Of a stretch of DNA of 64,000 nucleotides, positions 10,057-19,062 are shown piece by piece. Both the position numbers and the translations under genes were made by a program. Source of the stretch: Chitinophaga pinensis (GTDB lineage: Bacteria; Bacteroidota; Bacteroidia; UKL13-3); assembly GCA_945860865.1 (NCBI GenBank), contig CAMARW010000008.1:51897-115896 (forward strand), in the 5' to 3' direction. Position 1 is the first letter of the stretch, and each line of letters begins with the position of its first letter. The notes under the pieces are model-generated. The model worked only from the letters and a program-made list of their open reading frames with translations, was not told the origin of the DNA and did not search any database.

Positions 10057-13000
10057 TTACATAAGATTCAATTTCTTTATTATTACTTCATTACCCATTT
10101 TGATGTGCAATACATACATGCCTGGATTTAATCCAGCTAAAGGTAATTGAATGGCTGCTTTGTTTGCATCCTGTTTAATGCTAGGCCAAATTTTAACTAA
10201 ACTACCTGTTAAGGTGTATATTTCAATAGCATCTATCGTATTGGCTTCACCCGTTTTTATCCAAACAGCGTCTGAAGCGGGATTAGGATAAATTTGGATA
10301 GTATTTTCAATGCCATCGGCCTGTACCATTCTGGTTCCTAAATCTGTTTTTGTGCCATCAAAATCTACTTGCCATAATTTATAATAAAGCCTTGTATTAG
10401 CATTTAGTAAATCTTTATCCAAATGCTGGTAACTTGTTAAGCTATTCGAATTTCCTTTTCCTTTATAAAAAGTAATTGGTTCAAACCGAATGCCATCGTA
10501 CGACCTTTCTATATAAAATCCTTTGTTATTAATTTCTGTTGATGTTTGCCATTTAACTAAAACATCACTACCCATGGTACTTAACGCAAACTTTGTAAGT
10601 GATACAGGTAATGGATGAGATATTGCCTCATCGCATCCCATATAGGGTTTAAAAGCATCGCGTGGTTGGTGGTCTATGTCAAATCCTAAACGAGGAATTG
10701 GCATGCAAACCAATGCTGTATCACCCAATGAAGTTCCAGCTAAACGTAAATTCCATGGACTCACAAATTGCACCTGTTTGCTTCTAGAATTTGAATTGGT
10801 ATTTGTTGCGGTGGCAAAGGCTGCTAAGCTTGCATAATCTGTAGCGGAAGCATTTCCCACAAATCCATTATTTCCGTTTGCAAAAAGTAAATTCCTATTC
10901 ATAATTGGATTACTGCCTGTCCAAAAATAGGCCGCATAATGTTTGGTGCCCATTGCACTGATATTGCTGCGCTCGTTAATAAAGATATTGTTGAATACAG
11001 AATCTTGTTGGTTTCCTGTAATAGAAAGGTATGCTGCCGTATATTCGGTGCCTGTATTACTTACATTTTCACCAGAAATTTTCACCGTATTATAGAATAT
11101 TTTATTGGCAGTTCCATCTTTTGAAATGCCCCAATACAACACATTACCTGTGTTCGCATTGGATGCACTGTCTGTACCTAAATGAATCTCATTGTGATGC
11201 AATTGCATATTTGGACCCGAAACAAGGATGCCTCTTACTCTTGTTGCCGTATTGGCTAGTGGACCAATGCCAAAAACAGAATTCCGAGAAACCTCAATAC
11301 TGTTTCCAAATATTTGAATACCAGTAGTTATACCAGATGGAATACCACTGGTATAAATTTGAGAAACACGGTTGTCTGTTACGATTCGTTGTCCGGCAGA
11401 ACCACTGCCCGCATTAATACCATATAAGAAAATGAAATTAGGATTAATTAAACTAGCGTTGCTAGGAATATGGTAAAGCTTCTGTACCACATTATTTCTG
11501 ATAATATAAGGGGTAATGCCAGTATGAAAAATGCCATTTAATGCTTTAGAATGATGCATGCTATATTGTAAGTTGCTAACGGTATTATTTTCTAATAGCA
11601 AATGTTGCCCATTATGCACGGTAAAGTCTATTCCACTCAAATCGCCATTACAGGCCAAGCTAATACTTCCTTGGGTTTGGTTCGAACCAATAAAGTTATT
11701 TCTTACTATAAAATTACCCGAACTGGCATTGAAACGCATTCCGTATAAGTTAAGGAGGCCTCCGCCAATAGCCTGAATGGATCCAATGCGGTTATTGATG
11801 AGTTGAACAGAATCTAAAGCTGAACCGAAACTGCTGCCAATATTAATGGCGCTGAAGCCTGCCGTGCCAACTGGATTGGTATAATTAATTAGAATACTTG
11901 CAAGGCCAGTATCAGATCCTAAAATATTGTCTTCTATCAAAAACTTTCCATTTAAAACGCCAATTAAAGAATTGTTTAAGTTATTAAACAAACCTGTAAA
12001 CTGAATTCTTCTAAAGGTGTTTTGCCTAACTGTTAAATCTAAGCCTTGTAGCATCATGAGCCAAAAAGTGCCCGATGTGCCATCAAATTGAGTTGGTTGC
12101 GCGCCACCACAATATGCGGCAGAGCCCCCAAAGAAATTATTGGATATCAATCCGCCATTGGCTGAATAAGAGATAAAAGAAAAATTACCAGCATGTGTGT
12201 AGGTGGAATTTTTATAAAAGCTATTTCCTGAAATAGTAAAATTTTCATTGTTGTTATCCACTAAAATTCCAAAGTTATTAGGGTTGGCAATTTCATTATT
12301 AGAAATAACATTATTACTCGATAGTGCTTGAGAAGGACCAGTAGAAGCTTGTGCTGAAATACAAACTCCAGGCCGAGTGCTAGGGCTAAAAGCGCCAATT
12401 AAGCAACTATCAATTACATTATTGTCATTTCCTGTTACCAATCTATTGCCAAATTTAACAATGCCATCACTATTTAAAAATGGGTCACTGTATAAGTTGC
12501 AATTTCTAATTTGATTAAACGAAGCATCATTTTCAAACAGCACACAAGGGCCACCAGTAGTATTTCTTATCGTAATTTTTCTTCCGGCATTGCTTAGTGT
12601 ATCTGAACCATTGATACTAATAAAGCTACATCCATTTAAGTTAAATACTGCCGGATACCCAGAACCAGTTATACTTACCTGAACGCCATTGGCTGGTCTT
12701 ACACTTATGGTATGGGTAGCACTCACTCCTTGAATAAGGTTTGAAAATGTAAAAGGAAAAGTTTCTGTAGGGGGAGAATAAGTGCTTTGCGTGAGCAAAA
12801 AAGTAACTGGGGCAGAAACCCCTCTTTGATTAAGATCGGTAATTGCTGCAGTTAAAGTTGAATAGTTGCCACCTGTTCCAACTCTATAAATACCGGCTAA
12901 GGGTGGTGCTACAATTCTAAATCTAAAAGGGTTTGTGGGAGGCGTTAATAGGCTATCCATGCTCACACTGGTAAAGCCCAATGATGGCAATGCCGCATAA

Positions 13001-16000
13001 TTACCTGCACTATCTGCTGCAACAAAAAAGTAATAAATAGAATCTCCAATTATTGGCAAGGAGGTGAGCAAGGCATAATTTAAAGTAAAGGTAAATGGGG
13101 AGGCATTGCTGGCAGATTCAACAAATTTCCAGCCATTAAAACTACTTTGGTTCAAACCGAAACCATTGCCTTCTGATTTCTTTTTAAAATAAACGCGTGG
13201 TCTTCTGCCATTCGCCACATTGATACCACTTAGTGTATCGGTTATGCTTATGGATGGCAAAGTTCTTAGGGGGCTAGCACCACTATTGCTTGCATTTTGG
13301 TGTGATCCAAAAATGGGTGGATTTAAATCATATTCATTCTCATAACAACCTACGCGTGTAAGTGTATTTGAGCGCATAGAATCTAATAAATCTCGGTTGA
13401 TTGCCGGAATAACCGAGCCTATGCGGAGTGCTCCGCCTTTACTTGGTCTAAGATTGCTATTGCTTATAAATAATGGATTACTTGAAATGGAATTGGCATT
13501 ACCACCTAGTATCGACTGCAATTCTGCTAGTGTATTAAAAGAACTCAAACCACTCGTTAACAATACACCATTAATGCTATTTGCAAAATAATTATTGTGG
13601 TTAATAACCGCTCCAGCAATGGGTAAGGTAACAGAAACCCAAATAGCCGCGTTTCTAGATCCACTAATTGGGTTACCTATGCCATTGCTAAAATTATTGT
13701 TTCTAATTTCTAAACCTGTAAACGGTCCACTACCAAATATTTGCATGGCACCTGAACCAATAGCACCAGAACCAAAACTAGAACCACCCGTTAGGTGCAC
13801 AGAATTATACAACACTTTAATATTAGTTCCGCCCGCTATTCTAATACCGAAACTGTTAAAAATATTTCCAAATCCATTGCCGCTGGTGGTACAAACAATG
13901 CGGGAAATGCTGTTGTTATAAATTGAATCATTGTTTATGCCCACACCTGAAGGAATTGAAATTCCATAACAACCTGTGCTGTTAAGATTGGCGCTTTCTA
14001 GGTTGTGGATGATATTACTTTTGATGCTCGAATTAGTTACATCCTCCCCAATTGTTATGCCACTAACAATTGGTACAAACTGCGTAAAAAAATTGATAAT
14101 AGAATTTTTATTTACTACCGCTTTATCAACCCCTTCAAGATAAATACCTGTTCCTGCCAAGTTTAGGTTAAAACTATCTGTGCTAAAACGATTGTTCTCT
14201 ATCAATAAATTACTTATGGGCGAACTAATTGAACCAATCGCTAGTAGTCCGGATAAACCAAAATATAAATTACAGTTTCTAATGGCTATCCTGTCTGCTC
14301 CAGCGGCCTTAACAATTGCTTGCGTACCAATACCGGTTCTGGCGCCAATAATTACAATTTGTGTGGTGCCCATATTACCTCCTTTTAGGTTTAGGTTTTT
14401 AAATTCTACATTTTTTACCCCACCATTTGTATTGTTAGATTGAATAAAGACTACACTCTGCGCATTGTTTTGGGTATTATGCAAACTAACATTTCTACTG
14501 TTCGAATTGGCGTTGGAACCATCAAAGGTAAATCCAATTACGCCGTCTCTTACTACAAATAATGCCGAGTCAAATGATCCAAAAATAAGTGAACTAACAC
14601 CTGTTGCAGGTTTAATAACTAAGGTATTTGAGGCAGACATGCCCACAGAAGCCCTGAGTGATAATGGAAATGTTTCTAGTCCGCCAAACGCGGGTGTGGT
14701 ATAAATAGCATTACTAAGTAACAAAGTAATTGGTCCCGTTTGCACGCTCGCCTCAAACCTCCTTAAAGCCGCTGTAAGCGAATTAAAATTACCGCCATTG
14801 CCAACCGTAAAAGTGCCTGAAAGGGTATCAAAAACGGGGAAGAAATTAATGTTACCTGTAACAGGAAAATGGCTAGATAGCAATGTAGTTGAACTTGGGT
14901 TGCCTGCTAAAATTACCGAGCCTGCTCCAATATTAGCATTGCTATCTTCTGCGGTAGCAAAAAATTCGATGGTATCTCCTGGTAATAATCCACTTTGTAG
15001 CAGGCTATAATTTACCTGAAAGGTAAAAGGCGAGGCATTATCTGCAGTTAAAACAAACTTCCAACCGCCATTTGCATTTGTGTTGGCAATAAAAACATTG
15101 GCATCCGTTTTCTTTTTAAAATACAGTCTAGGTCTATTGGCTACCGCTACTTTAACTCCAAATCTATCTGTGGCAAAAGTCCTAATTTGTGGTGCAGCTT
15201 GGTAAGGAGAAACGCCCCTTAGCGGCAAATAAGAAATAGTTGGTTTAGCTAAATCTGAGGGGGTAAAAGCACCTTCATAGCAGCCAATATCTGGGTATCT
15301 AGTATTGCGTAATGACCCATTTATGTCTCTTTGAACCGTTACAGGAGTGTCTATGTAATTTGCTCCAGATTCTATTTGGCTAGGGATGCCAAAAGCAGGG
15401 GCCAAGTTATAAGGTGAAAATACAGCTTGCTGAAAAATTACATCTTCGAAATAACTGTCCATCTCCCTTGGTGTTACTCTATTTTTAAACTGCGCTAGCG
15501 TGCTATCTATTGTATTTGCATCAAAGTATATGGCAAATCTGCCTGGCGTGCCGGCTGCATAAAAAAGGTTATGGTTTGAACCTATTCTGTAGGTAGCTAA
15601 ACTGCTTCCTTCTCTGTAATAGGCAGCAGTAAATCCATTTATGATAGCCAATGATTTATTTATAAAAACATTGTTTCTTGTTTCTACTTGCGAGAATATA
15701 GCTGAACGCAAGCAGTAAGAAACTAGGTTGCCAGAATTTTGTGCATTAAGGTAAACTGTGTTGTGGTAAATCCGACTGATATTGCTAGCAACAAAATTGT
15801 TGATATAAATGCCATAGATATTGCCAACAATCTGACTGTAATACGTTTCAAAATCACTTATAAGGTTATTACATATATTCACATTTAAAGCGCCCGATCC
15901 AATTTCTATACCGGTAAGCGTAACGTTAATAGAGTCGGATCTAAAGCCATAAATTTTATTGCGCAAAATATTGATTTGTGCATTGCTATTGTTGTATTCT

Positions 16001-17535
16001 ATGCCTTTAACTATTCCTAATTTTGTTCTTAATTGATAGAAACTATTGCCTTCAATTAGTTTTGCACCTGTATTTGCTGTTCCAGTTGCAGGTTTCAAAT
16101 ATCCAATTACTGAACCATTAACCAAATTAACTAAATCAAAGATTTCATTGCCTACCACGCTATCTGCTTGGTTTGAGTTTTGGTTATTAAAAATAGCAAT
16201 ATGTTGACCAGTATGGCAGGTATTATTATAAATTCTATTATTAAAAACTCTGCCAATTCCCTGCGATCCAAATAGGTTGATGGCATAAAAACTCGTATTG
16301 CCAAAGTTTCCGTAAATTTCATTTCTAATTAAGGGTGAATATTTATTGGAAGCACAGGTTAATTGAATGCCTGTAAAAATTCCTGGTGCTGTTCCCTGGT
16401 ACCTGTTGTTTTCAATTCTATTGGCAGTTATAACTAAGGTATCACTGGCTATGGCATTAATCCCATTAAAGGTCCCGCTCAGTGTTAAACCATTCGATAT
16501 AAAATTACTATCAATAAATAACCTGGTGTTTGTATTGTTTATTAAAATACCATTATTAGTACCAGAGGAAGTGGTATCTGTTATTGTATTTACCCTTACA
16601 ATGGCTCTCACAATGCGTTGCAGGTCTATTCCGTTTAAGGTATTGGTAAAGCTGGTTCCACCACCAGAAATGGTATTGCCTTCTATTAGTAAATTATTTT
16701 GGTAATAAGCAATAATACCTGTGCCAATAGAGGTATTGTTTGATCCAAATCTTCTAATTACATTTCCTCTGCCCTCAGCACCTATATAGTTTCCATGATC
16801 GTATAAGCTAGTGGATGCAGTAGTTGAGTTAATGCCTGTAAAGTAGATGCCATGTTGCCCATTCGTAATGGTATTTCCTTCGATGGTATTAAATGAATGG
16901 GCATCAGTTGAAAGGGTGTAATTAATGGTAGATGTATTTGTAGCCAAATGATTACCTGCATAAATACCGGTTTGTGTCATAAAAGTATTACGTCTAAAGG
17001 TAATTTCGCAATCTATTATGTTATTAAATCTGCAACCATCTACCGGACTCACCGCATTTCTTTTTACCAGCATTATTCCATATTCGTACTGTGTTGTGCT
17101 CGAAACATTCGTATTGGATTCTATGAATATTAGATTCTCTAAAGTCACATAATCTACACCTATTAATTTAAATAGGGCATCTATGCCACCCAAACCAGCG
17201 CCAGAAGTAAAAATTGGTTTTGAACTCGCACTTAAATTTTTACGTATGATTAAGGGATTGCTTGCATTTAAACTCGCATTTAAAATGGCTGAACCAAGGC
17301 TTAATCCTGCATTTGGAAGCGTTTCTGTATGTCCGTTTCCTATTTCAATGCTGGCACCGCCGCTGCCTACGCCATTTAGGTTTAGTGCCGTAACTGCCGC
17401 ATTAAGCGTAGGATAATCGCATCCAGAGGTACACACCGTTTTGGTGCCAACGATAGGTTGGGCATACATCAAAAAATTAACAAATAAACAGCAAAGGAAA
17501 AGCAAATATTTTTTATTTAAATCGCTGATTTTCAT
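10057..17535 (-). CDS. Giant (~2490 aa) T9SS type A CTD protein with three beta-helix modules and two Ig-like linkers
   Basis: Signal peptide MKISDLNKKYLLFLCC...YAQ, repeated 'Y.TL.AA' module starts, RPR.YFKKK...SPFTF linkers, PLPVSLTKF domain, IYPNP...GMYVLHI CTD. Confidence 0.85.
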   Translation of the reverse strand: MKISDLNKKYLLFLCCLFVNFLMYAQPIVGTKTVCTSGCDYPTLNAAVTALNLNGVGSGGASIEIGNGHTETLPNAGLSLGSAILNASLNASNPLIIRKNLSASSKPIFTSGAGLGGIDALFKLIGVDYVTLENLIFIESNTNVSSTTQYEYGIMLVKRNAVSPVDGCRFNNIIDCEITFRRNTFMTQTGIYAGNHLATNTSTINYTLSTDAHSFNTIEGNTITNGQHGIYFTGINSTTASTSLYDHGNYIGAEGRGNVIRRFGSNNTSIGTGIIAYYQNNLLIEGNTISGGGTSFTNTLNGIDLQRIVRAIVRVNTITDTTSSGTNNGILINNTNTRLFIDSNFISNGLTLSGTFNGINAIASDTLVITANRIENNRYQGTAPGIFTGIQLTCASNKYSPLIRNEIYGNFGNTSFYAINLFGSQGIGRVFNNRIYNNTCHTGQHIAIFNNQNSNQADSVVGNEIFDLVNLVNGSVIGYLKPATGTANTGAKLIEGNSFYQLRTKLGIVKGIEYNNSNAQINILRNKIYGFRSDSINVTLTGIEIGSGALNVNICNNLISDFETYYSQIVGNIYGIYINNFVASNISRIYHNTVYLNAQNSGNLVSYCLRSAIFSQVETRNNVFINKSLAIINGFTAAYYREGSSLATYRIGSNHNLFYAAGTPGRFAIYFDANTIDSTLAQFKNRVTPREMDSYFEDVIFQQAVFSPYNLAPAFGIPSQIESGANYIDTPVTVQRDINGSLRNTRYPDIGCYEGAFTPSDLAKPTISYLPLRGVSPYQAAPQIRTFATDRFGVKVAVANRPRLYFKKKTDANVFIANTNANGGWKFVLTADNASPFTFQVNYSLLQSGLLPGDTIEFFATAEDSNANIGAGSVILAGNPSSTTLLSSHFPVTGNINFFPVFDTLSGTFTVGNGGNFNSLTAALRRFEASVQTGPITLLLSNAIYTTPAFGGLETFPLSLRASVGMSASNTLVIKPATGVSSLIFGSFDSALFVVRDGVIGFTFDGSNANSNSRNVSLHNTQNNAQSVVFIQSNNTNGGVKNVEFKNLNLKGGNMGTTQIVIIGARTGIGTQAIVKAAGADRIAIRNCNLYFGLSGLLAIGSISSPISNLLIENNRFSTDSFNLNLAGTGIYLEGVDKAVVNKNSIINFFTQFVPIVSGITIGEDVTNSSIKSNIIHNLESANLNSTGCYGISIPSGVGINNDSIYNNSISRIVCTTSGNGFGNIFNSFGIRIAGGTNIKVLYNSVHLTGGSSFGSGAIGSGAMQIFGSGPFTGLEIRNNNFSNGIGNPISGSRNAAIWVSVTLPIAGAVINHNNYFANSINGVLLTSGLSSFNTLAELQSILGGNANSISSNPLFISNSNLRPSKGGALRIGSVIPAINRDLLDSMRSNTLTRVGCYENEYDLNPPIFGSHQNASNSGASPLRTLPSISITDTLSGINVANGRRPRVYFKKKSEGNGFGLNQSSFNGWKFVESASNASPFTFTLNYALLTSLPIIGDSIYYFFVAADSAGNYAALPSLGFTSVSMDSLLTPPTNPFRFRIVAPPLAGIYRVGTGGNYSTLTAAITDLNQRGVSAPVTFLLTQSTYSPPTETFPFTFSNLIQGVSATHTISVRPANGVQVSITGSGYPAVFNLNGCSFISINGSDTLSNAGRKITIRNTTGGPCVLFENDASFNQIRNCNLYSDPFLNSDGIVKFGNRLVTGNDNNVIDSCLIGAFSPSTRPGVCISAQASTGPSQALSSNNVISNNEIANPNNFGILVDNNNENFTISGNSFYKNSTYTHAGNFSFISYSANGGLISNNFFGGSAAYCGGAQPTQFDGTSGTFWLMMLQGLDLTVRQNTFRRIQFTGLFNNLNNSLIGVLNGKFLIEDNILGSDTGLASILINYTNPVGTAGFSAINIGSSFGSALDSVQLINNRIGSIQAIGGGLLNLYGMRFNASSGNFIVRNNFIGSNQTQGSISLACNGDLSGIDFTVHNGQHLLLENNTVSNLQYSMHHSKALNGIFHTGITPYIIRNNVVQKLYHIPSNASLINPNFIFLYGINAGSGSAGQRIVTDNRVSQIYTSGIPSGITTGIQIFGNSIEVSRNSVFGIGPLANTATRVRGILVSGPNMQLHHNEIHLGTDSASNANTGNVLYWGISKDGTANKIFYNTVKISGENVSNTGTEYTAAYLSITGNQQDSVFNNIFINERSNISAMGTKHYAAYFWTGSNPIMNRNLLFANGNNGFVGNASATDYASLAAFATATNTNSNSRSKQVQFVSPWNLRLAGTSLGDTALVCMPIPRLGFDIDHQPRDAFKPYMGCDEAISHPLPVSLTKFALSTMGSDVLVKWQTSTEINNKGFYIERSYDGIRFEPITFYKGKGNSNSLTSYQHLDKDLLNANTRLYYKLWQVDFDGTKTDLGTRMVQADGIENTIQIYPNPASDAVWIKTGEANTIDAIEIYTLTGSLVKIWPSIKQDANKAAIQLPLAGLNPGMYVLHIKMGNEVIIKKLNLM
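11677..11690. repeat. Dispersed palindrome TTGGTTCGAACCAA (copy 2)
   Basis: Exact 14-bp palindrome inside the giant T9SS gene. Confidence 0.85.
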
Positions 17536-17626
17536 TATTTTAAATTTAATTTTCAAAGATAGCATAAAATTTTTACATGGCAGCAAATTGCCCTTCCTTT
17601 AATTTGAATTTAAGATTATTTAAAGA

Positions 17627-17663
17627 AATTACGAATTACGAATTACGAATTAAAAATTACGAA
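17627..17663 (+). repeat. Heptamer tandem repeat (AATTACG) x5
   Basis: AATTACG AATTACG AATTACG AATTAAA AATTACG AA in the divergent intergenic region. Confidence 0.85.
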
Positions 17664-17739
17664 GAATCTTTTTGATTGAAATTAGATTTTACCAGACAGC
17701 AGTAATTCTGAAATGGATTTGAATAATTGCAATTCCACC

Positions 17740-17747
17740 TATATTTG
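17740..17747 (+). promoter_or_regulatory. -7 box (TATATTTG) for kdsB
   Basis: TAnnTTTG with an upstream TTTG at 17718-17721. Confidence 0.6.
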
Positions 17748-17761
17748 CTTAAAAATCTATA

Positions 17762-18508
17762 ATGAATATTTTAGGAATAATTCCAGCAAGATATGCTAGT
17801 ACCCGTTTTCCGGGTAAGCCACTCATTCAAATAGCAGGTAAAAGCATGTTGCAAAGAGTGTATGAGCAATCTATTAAAGCAGATCAATTAACTAATGTAA
17901 TTATTGCAACAGACGATGATAGCATTGCCAAGCATGCAGAAAGTTTTGGTGCCAAGGTGGTTTTAACAAAATCAAACCATCCAAGTGGCACAGATAGGTG
18001 TTATGAAGCATTACTTAATGCTAAAATTTCTGCCGATTATGTAATCAATATTCAGGGTGATGAGCCTTTTATAGATCCCATACAAATAAATGAATTGGCT
18101 GCTATTTGTGATGGACAAACAGAACTGGCTACCCAAATGATTCCAGTTGATAATTACGAGGTTTTATTTGATACCGGTGAGGTAAAAATTGTTTTGAACA
18201 CCAACCAGGAAGCACTTTATTTTAGTAGAATGGTAATCCCTTTTATTAAGGGTGTTAATCAAACTGAGTGGCATTTGCATCATCAATACTACAGACATGT
18301 GGGCATGTATGCATATAGAACAGATATTCTGCAAAAAATTACAGCATTATCCCCATCCTCTCTAGAAAATGCGGAGAGCTTAGAACAATTGCGCTGGATC
18401 CAGAATGGTTTTAAAATAAAATTGGTTCAAACCAAATATGATAGTCATTGCATAGACACGCCTGAAGATATTGATAAAGTGCTTAAGTTGATGAATTTAA
18501 AAGTGTAA
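17762..18508 (+). CDS. kdsB: 3-deoxy-manno-octulosonate cytidylyltransferase
   Basis: IPARYASTRFPGKPL, SGTDR, NIQGDEP, LYFSR, ESLEQLRW. Confidence 0.95.
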   Translation: MNILGIIPARYASTRFPGKPLIQIAGKSMLQRVYEQSIKADQLTNVIIATDDDSIAKHAESFGAKVVLTKSNHPSGTDRCYEALLNAKISADYVINIQGDEPFIDPIQINELAAICDGQTELATQMIPVDNYEVLFDTGEVKIVLNTNQEALYFSRMVIPFIKGVNQTEWHLHHQYYRHVGMYAYRTDILQKITALSPSSLENAESLEQLRWIQNGFKIKLVQTKYDSHCIDTPEDIDKVLKLMNLKV

Positions 18509-18537
18509 AGCCGCTTATTTTGGATTTTTTTTATTCA

Positions 18538-18576
18538 TTTAAATTTATTTTTAAATTTATTTTTAAATTTATTTTT
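18538..18576 (+). repeat. AT-only 12-mer tandem repeat (TTTAAATTTATT) x3.25
   Basis: Read directly from the sequence between kdsB and the csp gene. Confidence 0.75.
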
Positions 18577-18703
18577 CTCAGTATTATCTAAGTAAATGGG
18601 ATATTTTCAATGAATTAATTGGCATAAATAATTCATTGAAAATAAATAAGATAGTGCTAAGTTGGATTATTGGTTTATCTTTGCCATTCAATTTTTTAAT
18701 ATA

Positions 18704-18895
18704 ATGGCACAAGGTACAGTTAAGTTTTTCAATGTTTCCAAAGGATTTGGATTTATTACACCTGATGATGGTGGTAAAGATGTTTTTGTTCACGCAAATG
18801 GTTTAATGAACGATATAGAAGAAGGTAACAAAGTTACTTTTGAAACTGAAGATGGAAAAAAAGGTCCAAGCGCAGTAAAAGTTCAGTTGGTTTAA
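18704..18895 (+). CDS. Cold-shock protein (CspA family)
   Basis: [18 protein letters not shown] (RNP1), DVFVH (RNP2). -7 box TATCTTTG at 18676-18683. Confidence 0.95.
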   Translation: MAQGTVKFFNVSKGFGFITPDDGGKDVFVHANGLMNDIEEGNKVTFETEDGKKGPSAVKVQLV

Positions 18896-18917
18896 TTACC
18901 AATTATTTACATTTTTA

Positions 18918-18954
18918 GAAAAAAAGTCGTGCCAAATGGTTCGGCTTTTTTTTT
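18918..18954 (+). terminator. Intrinsic terminator after csp
   Basis: AAAAAGTCGTGCCA-AA-TGGTTCGGCTTTTTTTTT hairpin followed by a U tract. Confidence 0.75.
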
Positions 18955-19062
18955 GTTATATCTCCTGGAAAATTTCATTATACAAATCACTTTATTTTTT
19001 TTAAGAACTTATTAAGCATTTTTTTTGTCTTCTTTGTGTAAATTGCCATTGAAATTTTGAGC

